Shown here piece by piece: positions 43,494 to 53,180 of a stretch of DNA of 64,000 nucleotides. The stretch's first letter is position 1. Each line of letters starts with the position of its first letter. Under the pieces are notes generated by a model. The model saw only the letters and a list, made by a program, of their open reading frames with translations. It was not told the origin of the DNA and ran no database searches. This stretch comes from Myxococcota bacterium. Its GTDB lineage: Bacteria > Myxococcota_A > UBA9160 > PR03. Made by a program: the position numbers and the translations under genes. The stretch lies in contig JBDIVR010000006.1 of the NCBI GenBank assembly GCA_039794265.1, forward strand, positions 71,573 through 135,572. The letters run 5' to 3'.

Positions 43494-44384
43494 ATCGATC
43501 CGACCGTCGAGATTCCGACCAGGTTGCTCGTGTTCGGGATGCTCGACGAACGCGGCGCCGTCGCGAGCGCCGAGCTGGCTCCGGTGGCGGCCGCCTGCGG
43601 CAGCGGCGCCGAGCAGCTCCGCTCGTGCCTGCGCCGGCTGGTCGCGGAGGGCGTCCTCGAGCGCGCCGGCGCGGGGCGCGCGGCGCGCTACGCAGCCACG
43701 CCGGCAGGACTCGCCGCGCTCGCGCGCCAGCGGGAGCGGATGCGACGAGCCTACGCGCTCGACGCGGGCGTTCCGCCGTGGGACGGCGCGTGGCACCTGG
43801 TCGGCTTCGCGATCCCCGAGGCCGAGCGCGCAGCCCGGGATGCGCTCCGGGACCGCCTCGTCGGCCTCGGCGGCGCCGCGATCCAGGGCGGACTCTACGC
43901 GTCGCCGCATGCCTGGGAGCCGGCCGTCTCCGCCGCCGCGAAGGAGCTCGGCGTCGAAGGCGCGGTGACGATCGCCGCGACGACAGATCTGCGTGTCGGC
44001 GGCGTCCGCGAGCCGCGCGAGCTCGCGCGTCGGCTCTGGCCGCTCGCCGAGCTCGGCGCGCGCTACGACGCCTTCGTCACCCGGTTCCGGCCGGCGCTCG
44101 CGGCGCTGCGCTCGATGAGCGCGCGGCGCGCGGCCCTGCCCGACGCCGCGTTCCTGCCCGGTGCACTCGCGATGGCCGTGGCCTTCCAGCCCGCGTTCGA
44201 TCGCGACCCGCTGCTGCCGCGCGAGCTGCTGCCTCCGCGTTGGCCCGGCTCGGCAGCGCGTGCGCTGCTGCTCGACAGTCGCCGTCGCGCGCTGGCGCTG
44301 CGCACGGCGCAAGGGCGCCCGCGTCTGTTCCAGATCTTCGACAGCGACACCCCCGATCCCCGTCCCGAGGAGGGCACCCCGTGA
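43494..44384 (+). CDS. PaaX-family transcriptional regulator
   Basis: The start is uncertain: GTG at 43494 is chosen, while the listed TTG at 43440 lies inside the palindrome. The N-terminal wHTH shows LRRLVAEGVLER. The PaaX C-domain pattern is WDGAWHLVGFAIPEAERAARDALRDRLVGLGGAAIQGGLYASPH. Confidence 0.75.
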   Translation: MDPTVEIPTRLLVFGMLDERGAVASAELAPVAAACGSGAEQLRSCLRRLVAEGVLERAGAGRAARYAATPAGLAALARQRERMRRAYALDAGVPPWDGAWHLVGFAIPEAERAARDALRDRLVGLGGAAIQGGLYASPHAWEPAVSAAAKELGVEGAVTIAATTDLRVGGVREPRELARRLWPLAELGARYDAFVTRFRPALAALRSMSARRAALPDAAFLPGALAMAVAFQPAFDRDPLLPRELLPPRWPGSAARALLLDSRRRALALRTAQGRPRLFQIFDSDTPDPRPEEGTP

Positions 44385-45634
44385 AGTTCGGCGTCTTCTA
44401 CGAACACCAGCTCCCGCGTCCGTGGCAGCCGGACTCCGAGCATCGCCTGCTGCAGGACGCCCTCCAGCAGGTGGAGCTCGCCGACAAGCTGGGCTTCGAC
44501 TATGTCTGGGAGGTCGAGCACCACTTCCTCGAGGAGTACAGCCACTCGTCGGCGCCCGAGGTCTTCCTCGCCGCCTGTTCGCAGCGGACGCAGCGGATCC
44601 GGCTCGGGCACGGGATCGTCGCGCTGCCGCCGGCCTACAACCACCCGTTCCGCGTCGCCGAGCGGATCGCCAACCTGGATCTCGTGTCGGACGGCCGCGT
44701 CGAGTTCGGCACCGGCGAGACGTCGAGCGAAGCGGAGCTCGGCGCATTCGGCGTCGCTCGCGACACCAAACGGGAGCAGTGGAGCGAAGCGCTCGACGCG
44801 ATCACCCGGATGTTCGTCGAGCAGCCCTTCGCCGGCTGGGACGGGCGTCACATCCCGTCGATGCCGGTGCGCAACGTGGTGCCGAAGCCGCTGCAGAAGC
44901 CCCACCCGCCGCTGTGGGTCGCGTGCAGCCGCCGGGAGACGATCCACATGGCGGCCGAAAAGGGCATCGGCGCGCTCTCCTTCAGCTTCATCGAGCCCGC
45001 GGAAGCCAAGGCATGGGTGGACGACTACTACGCCACCCTCGCCAGCGCGGCGTGCGTTCCAGCGGGCTTCGCAGTGAACCCGCAGATCGCGCTCACGATC
45101 CCGATGATGTGCCACGACAGCGAGGAAGAGGCGATCGCCCGCGGCCTCGATGGCGCGCACTTCTTCGGCTACTCGCTCGGCCACTACTACATCTTCGGCA
45201 CCCAGCACCCGGCGAAGACCGACATCTGGAAGGAGTTCCAGGAACGGCGCGCGCGGTTCGGCTTCGATCGCAGCATCGCGGCGAGGACCGGCAGCCCCCT
45301 CGGCGCGACGGTCATGGAGCGCGGCCTCGGCGCGCTGCGCGGCGCGATCGGAACGCCCGCGCAGATCCGCACGCTGCTGCGCGGCTACGAGGAGATCGGC
45401 ATCGACCAGATGATCTTCGTGATGCAGGCGGGCCACAACCGCCACGAGCACATCTGCGAAGCCATGGAGCTGTTCGCGCGCGAGGTGATGCCGGAGTTCG
45501 CCGAACGCCACGACGGCTTCGAGAAGGCCAAGCACGAGCGACTCGGGGGCATCGTCGAGGCCGCGCTCGCGCGCCGGGCGCCCGCGCGCCGGGCACCTGC
45601 GGACGCCGTGATCCGGGCTGCGATGAAGGCGTAG
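44381..45634 (+). CDS. Luciferase-like (LLM class) flavin-dependent oxidoreductase or monooxygenase
   Basis: The GTG at 44381 overlaps the PaaX stop (GTGA) and has GAGGAGGG upstream. VKFGVFYEHQLPRPW, FDYVWEVEHHFLEEYSHSSAPEVFL and RLGHGIV fit the family. Confidence 0.88.
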   Translation: MKFGVFYEHQLPRPWQPDSEHRLLQDALQQVELADKLGFDYVWEVEHHFLEEYSHSSAPEVFLAACSQRTQRIRLGHGIVALPPAYNHPFRVAERIANLDLVSDGRVEFGTGETSSEAELGAFGVARDTKREQWSEALDAITRMFVEQPFAGWDGRHIPSMPVRNVVPKPLQKPHPPLWVACSRRETIHMAAEKGIGALSFSFIEPAEAKAWVDDYYATLASAACVPAGFAVNPQIALTIPMMCHDSEEEAIARGLDGAHFFGYSLGHYYIFGTQHPAKTDIWKEFQERRARFGFDRSIAARTGSPLGATVMERGLGALRGAIGTPAQIRTLLRGYEEIGIDQMIFVMQAGHNRHEHICEAMELFAREVMPEFAERHDGFEKAKHERLGGIVEAALARRAPARRAPADAVIRAAMKA

Positions 45635-45663
45635 AACCGGCCGCGCGAGGCGAAGCGGAGCGC

Positions 45664-47379
45664 CTACGGCTCCAGCTCCTCCTGGTCGCTCGGCTCGACG
45701 ACGGCGAGCCGCTCCGGTCGCGCGCCGGTGACGACGAGATCCACCGCCTGGTCCGCCGCGTCGTGGAACGGCAACAGCACGAGATCGGCGCCGCGCGCGC
45801 GCAGTCGCTCGCCGTCCTCCTCGCGATGCGCCGTCACGGCGATCCGGCCGGCGTATCCGTGACCGCGCAGCGCCTGGATCAGCGCCACGCGATGATCCTC
45901 GTGCGTGACGCCGGTCGCATGGTCCGGCACCGTCGAGACCACCCAGCGCGCCCTTGCCAACGGGAGGGTCGCGACGAACTCGGGATCGCTGGCGTCGCCG
46001 TAGGCGACCGCCAGCCCGCGTTCCCGCCAGCACTGGAGCGCCACCGGGTCGAAGTCCACACCGATCACATGCGCGCCGCGCGCGGTCAGCCGCTGCGCGA
46101 TGGCGCCGCCGAAGCGCCCGAGTCCGAAGACGATCGCGTCGACGTCGCTTCCGAGCGGCGAGTCGAAGCCCTCCTCCCGGCTCGGCGATCCCAGCGTCAC
46201 GAATTCCAGCCACGGCTCGATCCATCCGTAGATCTGATGCGAGAACGTGATCATGTACGTCGAGAGCGCGATCGTCACGAGACCGACCAGCGTGACCAGT
46301 CCGAGCACCGGCGACGCCACGTGCCCGAGCGACACCCCGAGCGCCGTGAACACCAGCGAGAACTCGCTGATCTGCGCCACGGTCAGGCCGGCCAGGAAGC
46401 CGGTCCGCGCCGTGTACCCCATCGCGGTCATGATCAGGATCACGATCAGCGGGTTCCCGACCAGCACGAAGGCCGAGAGCACGACGGCCGCCAGCGCCTG
46501 CTCTCCCAGCGTGCCGAGCTCGAGTCCCGCGCCGAGCGCGATGAAGAAGAACAGCAGCAGGAAGTCGCGCAGCGTGGCGAGACGCGCAGCGATCGCCTCG
46601 CGGAACGGCGTCGACGCCAGCGACACTCCCGCCAGCAGCCCGCCGAGTTCGCGGGAGAGCCCGACGTAGCCGCCGACCGCGGCCAGCAGCGCGGCCCACC
46701 CGATCGCGAACGCCACCAGCAGTTCGGGCGCTCGCGCGAGCCGCTCCACCAGCGGCGTCGCCAGGAAGCGTACGAAGACGCCGACGATCGCCAGCATTGC
46801 CAGACCGCCGACGACGATCCGGGGCACGCCGGCATCACTGCTTGCTCCGCCACCGGCACCGGCGGCGGAGGTCACGACCATCGCGACGATGACCACGAGA
46901 TCCTGCACGATCAGGAAGCCGACGGCGATCCTTCCGTGCAGGGAGTCGATCTCGCGCTTGTCCGACAACAGCTTCACGATGATGATCGTGCTCGAGAAGG
47001 TGAGCGCGACCGCGACGTACAGGCTCGCCATCGGCGGGAGCCCGAGCGCGAGACAGAGGCCGAATCCGATCCCCGAGGTGAACAGCACCTGGCCGAGTCC
47101 GGTCGCCACGGCGACCGGGCCGAGCGTACGCACGAGCTGCAGATCCAGCTTCAGGCCCACCAGGAACAGCAGGATCGCGATGCCGAGCTCCGCGAGCAGA
47201 TCGATGGACTCGCTCGAGCGCGCAATGTCGAGACCCGCCGGACCGGCGAGGATCCCGACGGCGATGAAGCTCACGATCAGCGGCTGGCGCAGCAGCAGGC
47301 CGAGCAGCCCGACCGCCGCAGCCAACACCAGCAGAGCCGCGACCTCGTAGAACAGGGATGTCGCGATCAGGTCCGCCAT
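45664..47379 (-). CDS. Kef-type cation:proton antiporter (CPA2) with C-terminal RCK/TrkA-N domain
   Basis: ATG at 47379 (MADLIATSLFYEVAALL). It has about 12 hydrophobic segments, followed by IVFGLGRFGGAIAQRL, a Rossmann-type RCK motif. Confidence 0.88.
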   Translation of the reverse strand: MADLIATSLFYEVAALLVLAAAVGLLGLLLRQPLIVSFIAVGILAGPAGLDIARSSESIDLLAELGIAILLFLVGLKLDLQLVRTLGPVAVATGLGQVLFTSGIGFGLCLALGLPPMASLYVAVALTFSSTIIIVKLLSDKREIDSLHGRIAVGFLIVQDLVVIVAMVVTSAAGAGGGASSDAGVPRIVVGGLAMLAIVGVFVRFLATPLVERLARAPELLVAFAIGWAALLAAVGGYVGLSRELGGLLAGVSLASTPFREAIAARLATLRDFLLLFFFIALGAGLELGTLGEQALAAVVLSAFVLVGNPLIVILIMTAMGYTARTGFLAGLTVAQISEFSLVFTALGVSLGHVASPVLGLVTLVGLVTIALSTYMITFSHQIYGWIEPWLEFVTLGSPSREEGFDSPLGSDVDAIVFGLGRFGGAIAQRLTARGAHVIGVDFDPVALQCWRERGLAVAYGDASDPEFVATLPLARARWVVSTVPDHATGVTHEDHRVALIQALRGHGYAGRIAVTAHREEDGERLRARGADLVLLPFHDAADQAVDLVVTGARPERLAVVEPSDQEELEP

Positions 47380-47502
47380 GGCTCCTGCGCGCGGAGTTCC
47401 AGAAGGAGCTCCCGATGAGTCAGGAGTCGCGAGGATGCCCGATCCGCGGGGTCGCATCGACCCGTGGGCGACGAACGACACCGAGGGACGGAACGCGCGA
47501 CC

Positions 47503-49785
47503 TCAGCCGATTCCGGGCAGGCCCTCCGCTGCGCGGATCTCGAGGCCGGCGGCGTCGACGGCATCGTCCGGGAACACCGCGGACCCGACGCGCAGGTCGA
47601 CGCTGCGGCCGGACTCCGCGAGCGCTTCGCGCGCGCGGCGGCTCAGATCGCCGAGCAGCGCGGGCGCTTCCCGTTCGGGTTCCGGAACCAGCGCGACGAA
47701 GCGCTCCGGCGCGGGACGGGCGAGCACATCGAAGGGCCGCAGCCCCGCGCGCAGCGCCTGCGCGAGCGCGGCGGCCGCGCTCGCGTGGGCCTCGAGCGGG
47801 AGCCCGGCCACGCGCAGCTCGAGCAACACCAATCGGTGACCGCGGAAACGCGAGCGCGCGAGCTCCTCCTCGAGACGCTCCCGCAGCAGACGCGCGGTCG
47901 GCAATCCCGTCGCCGGATCGACATCGGGCCGCTCGGGCTCGCGGAACGCGGCCAGCGCTGCCAGCACGTGCTGCGCCAGTCGCTCGAGGACGGCCTCGTC
48001 GGCCGGCCCGAAGCGGTCGCCGAGGAGGGGCTCCTCGGCGACCTTGCCGAGGGCCGAGAGGCTTCCGAGCGGCTGCCCGTCGCGCACGAGCGGCAGGATC
48101 ATCGCCGTCGTCACGCCGACGGCGTGCTCGGCGAGCGCCGGATCGGCTGCGAGATCGGGAATGCGGACGATCTTGCGGCTGCGCATCGCCTCGGTCGCCA
48201 GGCGGCGCTCGAGTTCGGCGAGGGGCGCGCGGCGCCACTGGCCCACGCCGCTCCACGCCGCGATCCGGAAGCGTCCGCTCTCCGGATCGCGCAGCCGCAG
48301 AACGGCATCCTGCGCCTCGAGCAGCGTGACGACCGACGACGCCGCGAGATCCCACACCGTGCGCGCATCCTCCCCGCTGGCCAGCGCGGCGGCGGCCGCC
48401 CCGAGGCGCTCGTTGCGCCGGGCCTCGCGCTCGAGACGCGCGGTCCGCAGCTGCAACGCGAGTTCCTCGGCCAGCGCCAGGGCGGCGCTCGCCAGCCGAC
48501 CCGGGAGTTCGCCGGCCCGATCGCCGCTCCCGCTCACCTCGAGCGCGCCGAGCAGGTCCGCGCCCGCGAGCAGGGGGATCGCGGAGCTACATAGATCCGT
48601 GTCGGCTCCGAGCCCACCCAGCCAGAGCGCACGCCGCTCGGCGACCGCCCGCCCGGGCAGCCCCTGCCCCGGCGCGAGCCGCTCGCGGCTCCCGAGCGGA
48701 TCGAGCCGCGTCGACGACGCGTGCAAGGCCAGCCCGGTTCCGGCTTCTGCCGCCGCATCGGCAGCGCCGGCGCCGCCGGCCTCCGACCCGTCGCGCAGCC
48801 ACAGCCGCGCGACGCCGCCGCGCAGGCTGTCTGCGAGCAGCTCACAAGCGGCGGTCAGTCGCGCGGACAGCGGCTCCGGACGCGCGAGCACGCGGCGCAG
48901 CTGCGCCTCGACGCGCAGCGACGCCGACTCGCGCAGGATCCCGTGCAGCTCTTCGGCGCGCGCGATGATCCGCGCGTCGAGGCGCGCGAGCTCCTCGACG
49001 AATGCCAGGTCTTCCTCGGCGAACTGATTCTGGTGTCGGGCGTGGGACAGGTTGAGTACGCCGAGAACGCGATCCTGGTGCACCAGCGGCGCCGAGATCG
49101 CAGACTCGACATCGTCGCGCTCGCGGACGATCTGCCAACGCGTGTGGTCGGCCTTCCCGTTCAGCAACACTGCGCGCTCGGCCGCGAACGCGCGTCCGGC
49201 GATCCCCTCCCCGGCCCGCACGCGAATCTTCGCGATCAGCTCCTCTTCGATCCCGAGCGCCACCGCCACGCGCAGCGCCCGCTCGTGTTCGTCCCACAGC
49301 ATCAGTGAACCGCGATCGGCGCCCGTCGCCGTCACGGCGACCTGCAGCACCAGGTCGAGGACGCTGCGACGATCCCGGGTCAGGTCCGCCGAGTCCATGA
49401 TCTCGCGCAGCGCCGCGAGCAGATCCGGCTTCGAGAACGCATCGGCCGGGCCGAACGCATAGAGCATCCGCGCGAGCGCAGGCGTCGTGACCGGCACGCC
49501 GCGCGCGGCGACCAGCCGCTCGCGCAGGCGCGGCGGCGCACCGGCGTCGATCACGGCGACCAGCCCCGGCAGCGACAACGCGCGCTCGACTTCGACGGTG
49601 ATCCGCCCGGCCAGGTGCTCTGCCGTGGCCGGGTCGATCTCCTCGAGCACCGCCCGGGCCGCGGCGGGATCCTCGACGACGATCGCGCACACTTCGACGG
49701 CGGGATTCGCCTCGAGGAGCGGCACCAGCTCGAGGCCCTCGCGCGAGTGACCGGCAATGACGAGGCGTTTCCGCACGACCAGCAT
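47503..49785 (-). CDS. Multi-GAF signalling protein with degenerate GGDEF-like C-terminal domain
   Basis: GAF-type stretches are present (ADRGSLMLWDE...GEGIAGRAF...APL...GVLNL, plus further repeats). The C-terminus DPATGLPTARLLRERLEEEL...LLELRVAGL...FDVLARPAPERFVALVP aligns to a GGDEF domain, but the GGDEF signature reads APERF. The start is uncertain (ATG at 49785 or TTG at 49806). Confidence 0.7.
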   Translation of the reverse strand: MLVVRKRLVIAGHSREGLELVPLLEANPAVEVCAIVVEDPAAARAVLEEIDPATAEHLAGRITVEVERALSLPGLVAVIDAGAPPRLRERLVAARGVPVTTPALARMLYAFGPADAFSKPDLLAALREIMDSADLTRDRRSVLDLVLQVAVTATGADRGSLMLWDEHERALRVAVALGIEEELIAKIRVRAGEGIAGRAFAAERAVLLNGKADHTRWQIVRERDDVESAISAPLVHQDRVLGVLNLSHARHQNQFAEEDLAFVEELARLDARIIARAEELHGILRESASLRVEAQLRRVLARPEPLSARLTAACELLADSLRGGVARLWLRDGSEAGGAGAADAAAEAGTGLALHASSTRLDPLGSRERLAPGQGLPGRAVAERRALWLGGLGADTDLCSSAIPLLAGADLLGALEVSGSGDRAGELPGRLASAALALAEELALQLRTARLEREARRNERLGAAAAALASGEDARTVWDLAASSVVTLLEAQDAVLRLRDPESGRFRIAAWSGVGQWRRAPLAELERRLATEAMRSRKIVRIPDLAADPALAEHAVGVTTAMILPLVRDGQPLGSLSALGKVAEEPLLGDRFGPADEAVLERLAQHVLAALAAFREPERPDVDPATGLPTARLLRERLEEELARSRFRGHRLVLLELRVAGLPLEAHASAAAALAQALRAGLRPFDVLARPAPERFVALVPEPEREAPALLGDLSRRAREALAESGRSVDLRVGSAVFPDDAVDAAGLEIRAAEGLPGIG

Positions 49786-49865
49786 CTCCCCACGCCGGCG
49801 ACGCAATCCGACCCGGACCCGAATCCGCTGAATCGGGCAACCCCCCCAACGACTTGAAGCCGCCC

Positions 49866-49917
49866 GTCAGGAAAGGGGCCGTCAAGAAAGGGGCCGGGTT
49901 GGATCCGTCAACTTTTC
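49866..49917. repeat. Solo left arm of the recurrent palindrome, with tandem terminal 15-mer (copy 4, no right arm)
   Basis: The sequence reads gtcaggaaaggggcc gtcaagaaaggggccgggtt ggatcc gtcaactttt. It matches the left arm of copies 1-3 apart from the central ggatcc. No inverted partner follows. The TGA stop of the AMIN-domain gene (49908..49910) lies inside the gtcaac motif. Confidence 0.8.
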
Positions 49918-51188
49918 GCGGGTCGGCTCGCCGGCGTCGCCTTCCCCCGATCGGCAGCCAGGCGGACCGGCGGGTGACCGAGGGCGCGCTGGAGCCGCGC
50001 CAGAGCCAGGCGCTGGGAAGCCAGCTCCTCGGCCTGCGCGTGGGTCGTGCGATCCATCTGCTCGACGCGCTCGCGCAGCCCACCGAGCAACGCATCCCCC
50101 TGCGCGGCGCGATCATCGAGGCGTTGGATCATCCGCAACAGATCGCCGGCGAGGGACTCCCCGTCGTCGCGAGGCGCCGGGAACGACGGCCCGGAGGACG
50201 CCTCGGTCCCCGCGGACGCCGTGTCGCCGTGCCGCGTCTCGACGCTCGGTTCCTTCGCCCGCTGCTCCCTCGACACGGCCCGGTGCGAAGCGACCGCCTC
50301 CTCGTCTCGCGACGCGACCGGCAGGATCTCGTCGCGAGGTGCCTCCGGCTCCTCCGGGGGCTCGAGGGCCCGAGTCTCGCGTCGACCTTCACTCCGGTTC
50401 AGGAGCGTCAGTGCGACGCCGAGCACGAGACCGGTGACGGCTCCGATGACCAGCGAGCGCCCGTCGAAACGCGCGGCGATCGCGGCGGGGGGGGCACCCG
50501 ATACGGGCGGAAGCGGCAGCTCGACCGGCGGGGGCGGCGTGGGCGGCGTGGGCGGCGGCGGCGGTTCCGGTAACTCGGCGAGCAACGCCGCAACGGCATC
50601 CTCCCCGTCGTCTTCGATCTCGTCGCTCGGTGCGCCTCGCTGCGCGCCCTCGCGTGCCGCGTCCGGACCCGTCGAGGGCGGCGCGCCGCTCTCACGTCGC
50701 GTCGCGTCCTCCTCGTCGCCTTCCTCGCCCTCGAGCGGGGACTCTGCCGCCGCGCTGGCCCGACGCAGATCGAGCACGACGCGGGGCGGCTCGTCGAGCA
50801 CCTGGCTCTCGACGCGCACCGGCACCGTCGCGCGGATCCTCGCGAGCGTCCCGCCACCGGGAAGCGATTCGACCAGCACCTCGGCGCCCGACGCGCCGGC
50901 CGCGGCCCGCAACGCGACCGTCGGCGCCAGCTCGGCATCGAGGCGCACGAGCGTCTCGCCCGGCGTTCCTTCCGCCTCGATCGAGAACGCGGCCGGCGCG
51001 TCCGTCTCGAACACGACCCGGACGAACTCGGGATGCCGTCCGACCCGGACCTCCACGAGCCGCGCCCCGTCCGCCGTCGCCGCCGCACTCGCCGCGAGCG
51101 CCGCGAGCGCGAACGGGAGCAGGCGCGCGGACGGGACGCGCGTCGAGCACCGCCCGTGAGCCTGCTTTCGGGTCGCAGCTTCGATCAC
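49908..51188 (-). CDS. Bitopic membrane protein with periplasmic AMIN domain, Pro-rich linker, one TM helix and a cytoplasmic coiled/acidic tail
   Basis: GTG at 51188 with GGAGG 6 nt upstream. Signal peptide LLPFALAALAASAAATADG. The AMIN-like pattern is LVEVRVGRHPEFVRVVFETDAP...TLVRLDAEL...ARIRATVPVRVESQVLDEPPRVVLDL. PPPPPTPPTPPPP follows, then the TM helix LVIGAVTGLVLGVALTLL. Confidence 0.65.
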   Translation of the reverse strand: MIEAATRKQAHGRCSTRVPSARLLPFALAALAASAAATADGARLVEVRVGRHPEFVRVVFETDAPAAFSIEAEGTPGETLVRLDAELAPTVALRAAAGASGAEVLVESLPGGGTLARIRATVPVRVESQVLDEPPRVVLDLRRASAAAESPLEGEEGDEEDATRRESGAPPSTGPDAAREGAQRGAPSDEIEDDGEDAVAALLAELPEPPPPPTPPTPPPPVELPLPPVSGAPPAAIAARFDGRSLVIGAVTGLVLGVALTLLNRSEGRRETRALEPPEEPEAPRDEILPVASRDEEAVASHRAVSREQRAKEPSVETRHGDTASAGTEASSGPSFPAPRDDGESLAGDLLRMIQRLDDRAAQGDALLGGLRERVEQMDRTTHAQAEELASQRLALARLQRALGHPPVRLAADRGKATPASRPAKS

Positions 51189-51383
51189 GACGTGCCTCCG
51201 GAATCCGGCCTCGGGCCGCTGCGCAGGGCTTCCGAAAGGAGGGTGGCGCAAACCCGCTCGGCGTGGCGGGAAACGCAGATCCGTGTCGAACGGAGCTCGC
51301 CATCGGCAGCTCGCCGGCAACGGCCCGGCAGACCCCGAGCAAGTGGGACGCACCCGGTCAAGCAAGCCCCCGCGGCAGCCGAT

Positions 51384-53180
51384 GTGCAGGTTCGGGGAAA
51401 TGCCGCCTTGAACCCCTACCTCCTGCTACCGCTCGCCGCCTGCGTCACCTGCGCGATGCTCGCGGTCGGCATCCTCGCTCGCGATTCCCGGCATCGCACC
51501 AACCGCATCGGCGCCGCGTTGATGGCCGGCGCCGCTCTGTGGGCGGCGTGCGAGGTGATCTGGAACGCCGCCGACGATCCGGATGTCGTGCTGCAGCTCG
51601 TTCGGATCTCCGCGATCGGGTGGGTCGGCATCGGACCCGTGGCGCTCCACCTCTTCTCGGACCTGACGAGATCGAAGACCAGCCGCGTGTACCGGCTCCT
51701 TCCGATGCTGTACGGCATCTCCGCGCTGTTCCTCCTGATCGACCTCACGACGCCCTGGATGCACGCGGCCGTCGTGCGGACGAGCTGGGGCTGGGGATAC
51801 CGCTTCGGTCCCGCGTATCCGCCGTTCTATGCGTTCACCGTCGCGTGTCTGGCGGCCGCGATCGCACTCGGTCTCCGCGATCTCGCAGGGGAAGGCGCAC
51901 CCGGCGAGCGCCGCCAGGCGCACGTGCTGATGGCGGGTATTGCGGTGCCGCTGGTCGTCGCGTCCCTCACCGATGGGCTGCTGCCGCTCCTCGGCTGGCA
52001 GCCTCCGCGCCTCGGCACCGCCTCGTTCACGGTGCTCGGAACCGCCGTGGCGTGGGGCGTGTATCGACACGGGTACTCCCTGCTCGCGCCTGGCGACTTT
52101 GCATCGGAGATCCTCGAGGCGCTCCCGGACGGTGTCGCCCTGGTGCGCCTCGATGGCCGCGTCCGCAGCGCGAACCGGGGTCTCGGTCGTCTGGTCGGGC
52201 TGGCGCCGCAGGAGCTCGAGCAGCGGCAGATCGGCGAGTGGCTCCACGGATCCTCCCTCGCGACCCATACGGAACACGAGGCCTCGCTGCAGACCGCCGA
52301 GGGAGTCATTCCAGTCTCGGTCTCCAGCGCGCCGCTTCACGACAAGCAGGGCGAGCCGATCGGCCTCGTCATGGTCCTCCGGGATCTCCGCGAGGTGACG
52401 GGCCTGCGCAGTCGCCTGATCACGTCGGGTCGGCTCGCGGCAGTCGGTCAGCTCGCCGCAGGGATCGCCCACGAGATCAACAATCCCATCGCCTACGTGA
52501 ACGCGAATCTCTGCGCGCTGCGGGGCCTCGTCGAGGGGATGGCAGAGAAGCTGGCGGAGCCGCCCAGCGAAGCTAGGGAGCTGATCGACGAGTCTCTCGA
52601 AGGTGTACAGCGCGTCGCCGCGATCGTGCGAGACGTGAAGAGCTTCTCCCACGCTGGCATCTCGGAGCGTCGGGCGGTCGACATGGCAGAGCTGCTGGAC
52701 GCCGTTCTGCGCGTCGCAGCGCCCCAGCTTCGCTATGGCCGGCGGGTCGAACGCCGCTATGGGTCGGACGTCGCTCCCGTCCTCGGCGATCCCCAGGAAC
52801 TCAAACAGGTGTTCCTCAATCTGGTGATCAACGCGGGCCAGGCCGTGCGCGGCGATCAGGAGATCCGACTCGTCACACGGCAGGAAAAGGACCGCGTGGT
52901 CGTGCTCGTCGAGGATGATGGCTGCGGGATTCCGGGCGAGATGCTCGAGAGCGTCTTCGATCCGTTCTTCACCACCAAGCGGGTCGGCGAGGGCACGGGG
53001 CTCGGTCTCTCGATCGCCTACGAGATCGTACGGCGCCACGGCGGGACATTGTCCGTTCAGTCCGCGCTCGGGCGCGGAACCCGCTTCCGCGTCGAACTCC
53101 CCGCGGCCGAGGTCTCGGGCGTCGCTCCCGAGGTCAGTCTGTACGAAACCGGAGATCGGCGGGAATCACCAGATCGTTGA
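51384..53180 (+). CDS. Sensor histidine kinase with N-terminal multi-TM (7TM-type) sensor, PAS, HisKA and HATPase domains
   Basis: Start at GTG 51384, or TTG 51408. It has about seven hydrophobic helices and a PAS-like [22 protein letters not shown]. The H-box is [15 protein letters not shown], the N-box NLVINAGQA, and the G-boxes VEDDGCGIP and [12 protein letters not shown]. Confidence 0.88.
   Translation: MQVRGNAALNPYLLLPLAACVTCAMLAVGILARDSRHRTNRIGAALMAGAALWAACEVIWNAADDPDVVLQLVRISAIGWVGIGPVALHLFSDLTRSKTSRVYRLLPMLYGISALFLLIDLTTPWMHAAVVRTSWGWGYRFGPAYPPFYAFTVACLAAAIALGLRDLAGEGAPGERRQAHVLMAGIAVPLVVASLTDGLLPLLGWQPPRLGTASFTVLGTAVAWGVYRHGYSLLAPGDFASEILEALPDGVALVRLDGRVRSANRGLGRLVGLAPQELEQRQIGEWLHGSSLATHTEHEASLQTAEGVIPVSVSSAPLHDKQGEPIGLVMVLRDLREVTGLRSRLITSGRLAAVGQLAAGIAHEINNPIAYVNANLCALRGLVEGMAEKLAEPPSEARELIDESLEGVQRVAAIVRDVKSFSHAGISERRAVDMAELLDAVLRVAAPQLRYGRRVERRYGSDVAPVLGDPQELKQVFLNLVINAGQAVRGDQEIRLVTRQEKDRVVVLVEDDGCGIPGEMLESVFDPFFTTKRVGEGTGLGLSIAYEIVRRHGGTLSVQSALGRGTRFRVELPAAEVSGVAPEVSLYETGDRRESPDR

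Noticed and set aside
44063-47418. 878-aa minus-strand and 1085-aa plus-strand ORFs across the LLM and Kef genes
   Set aside because: They have extreme Arg/Asp/Gly low-complexity composition. They are shadows of the LLM oxidoreductase (plus strand) and the Kef-type antiporter (minus strand).
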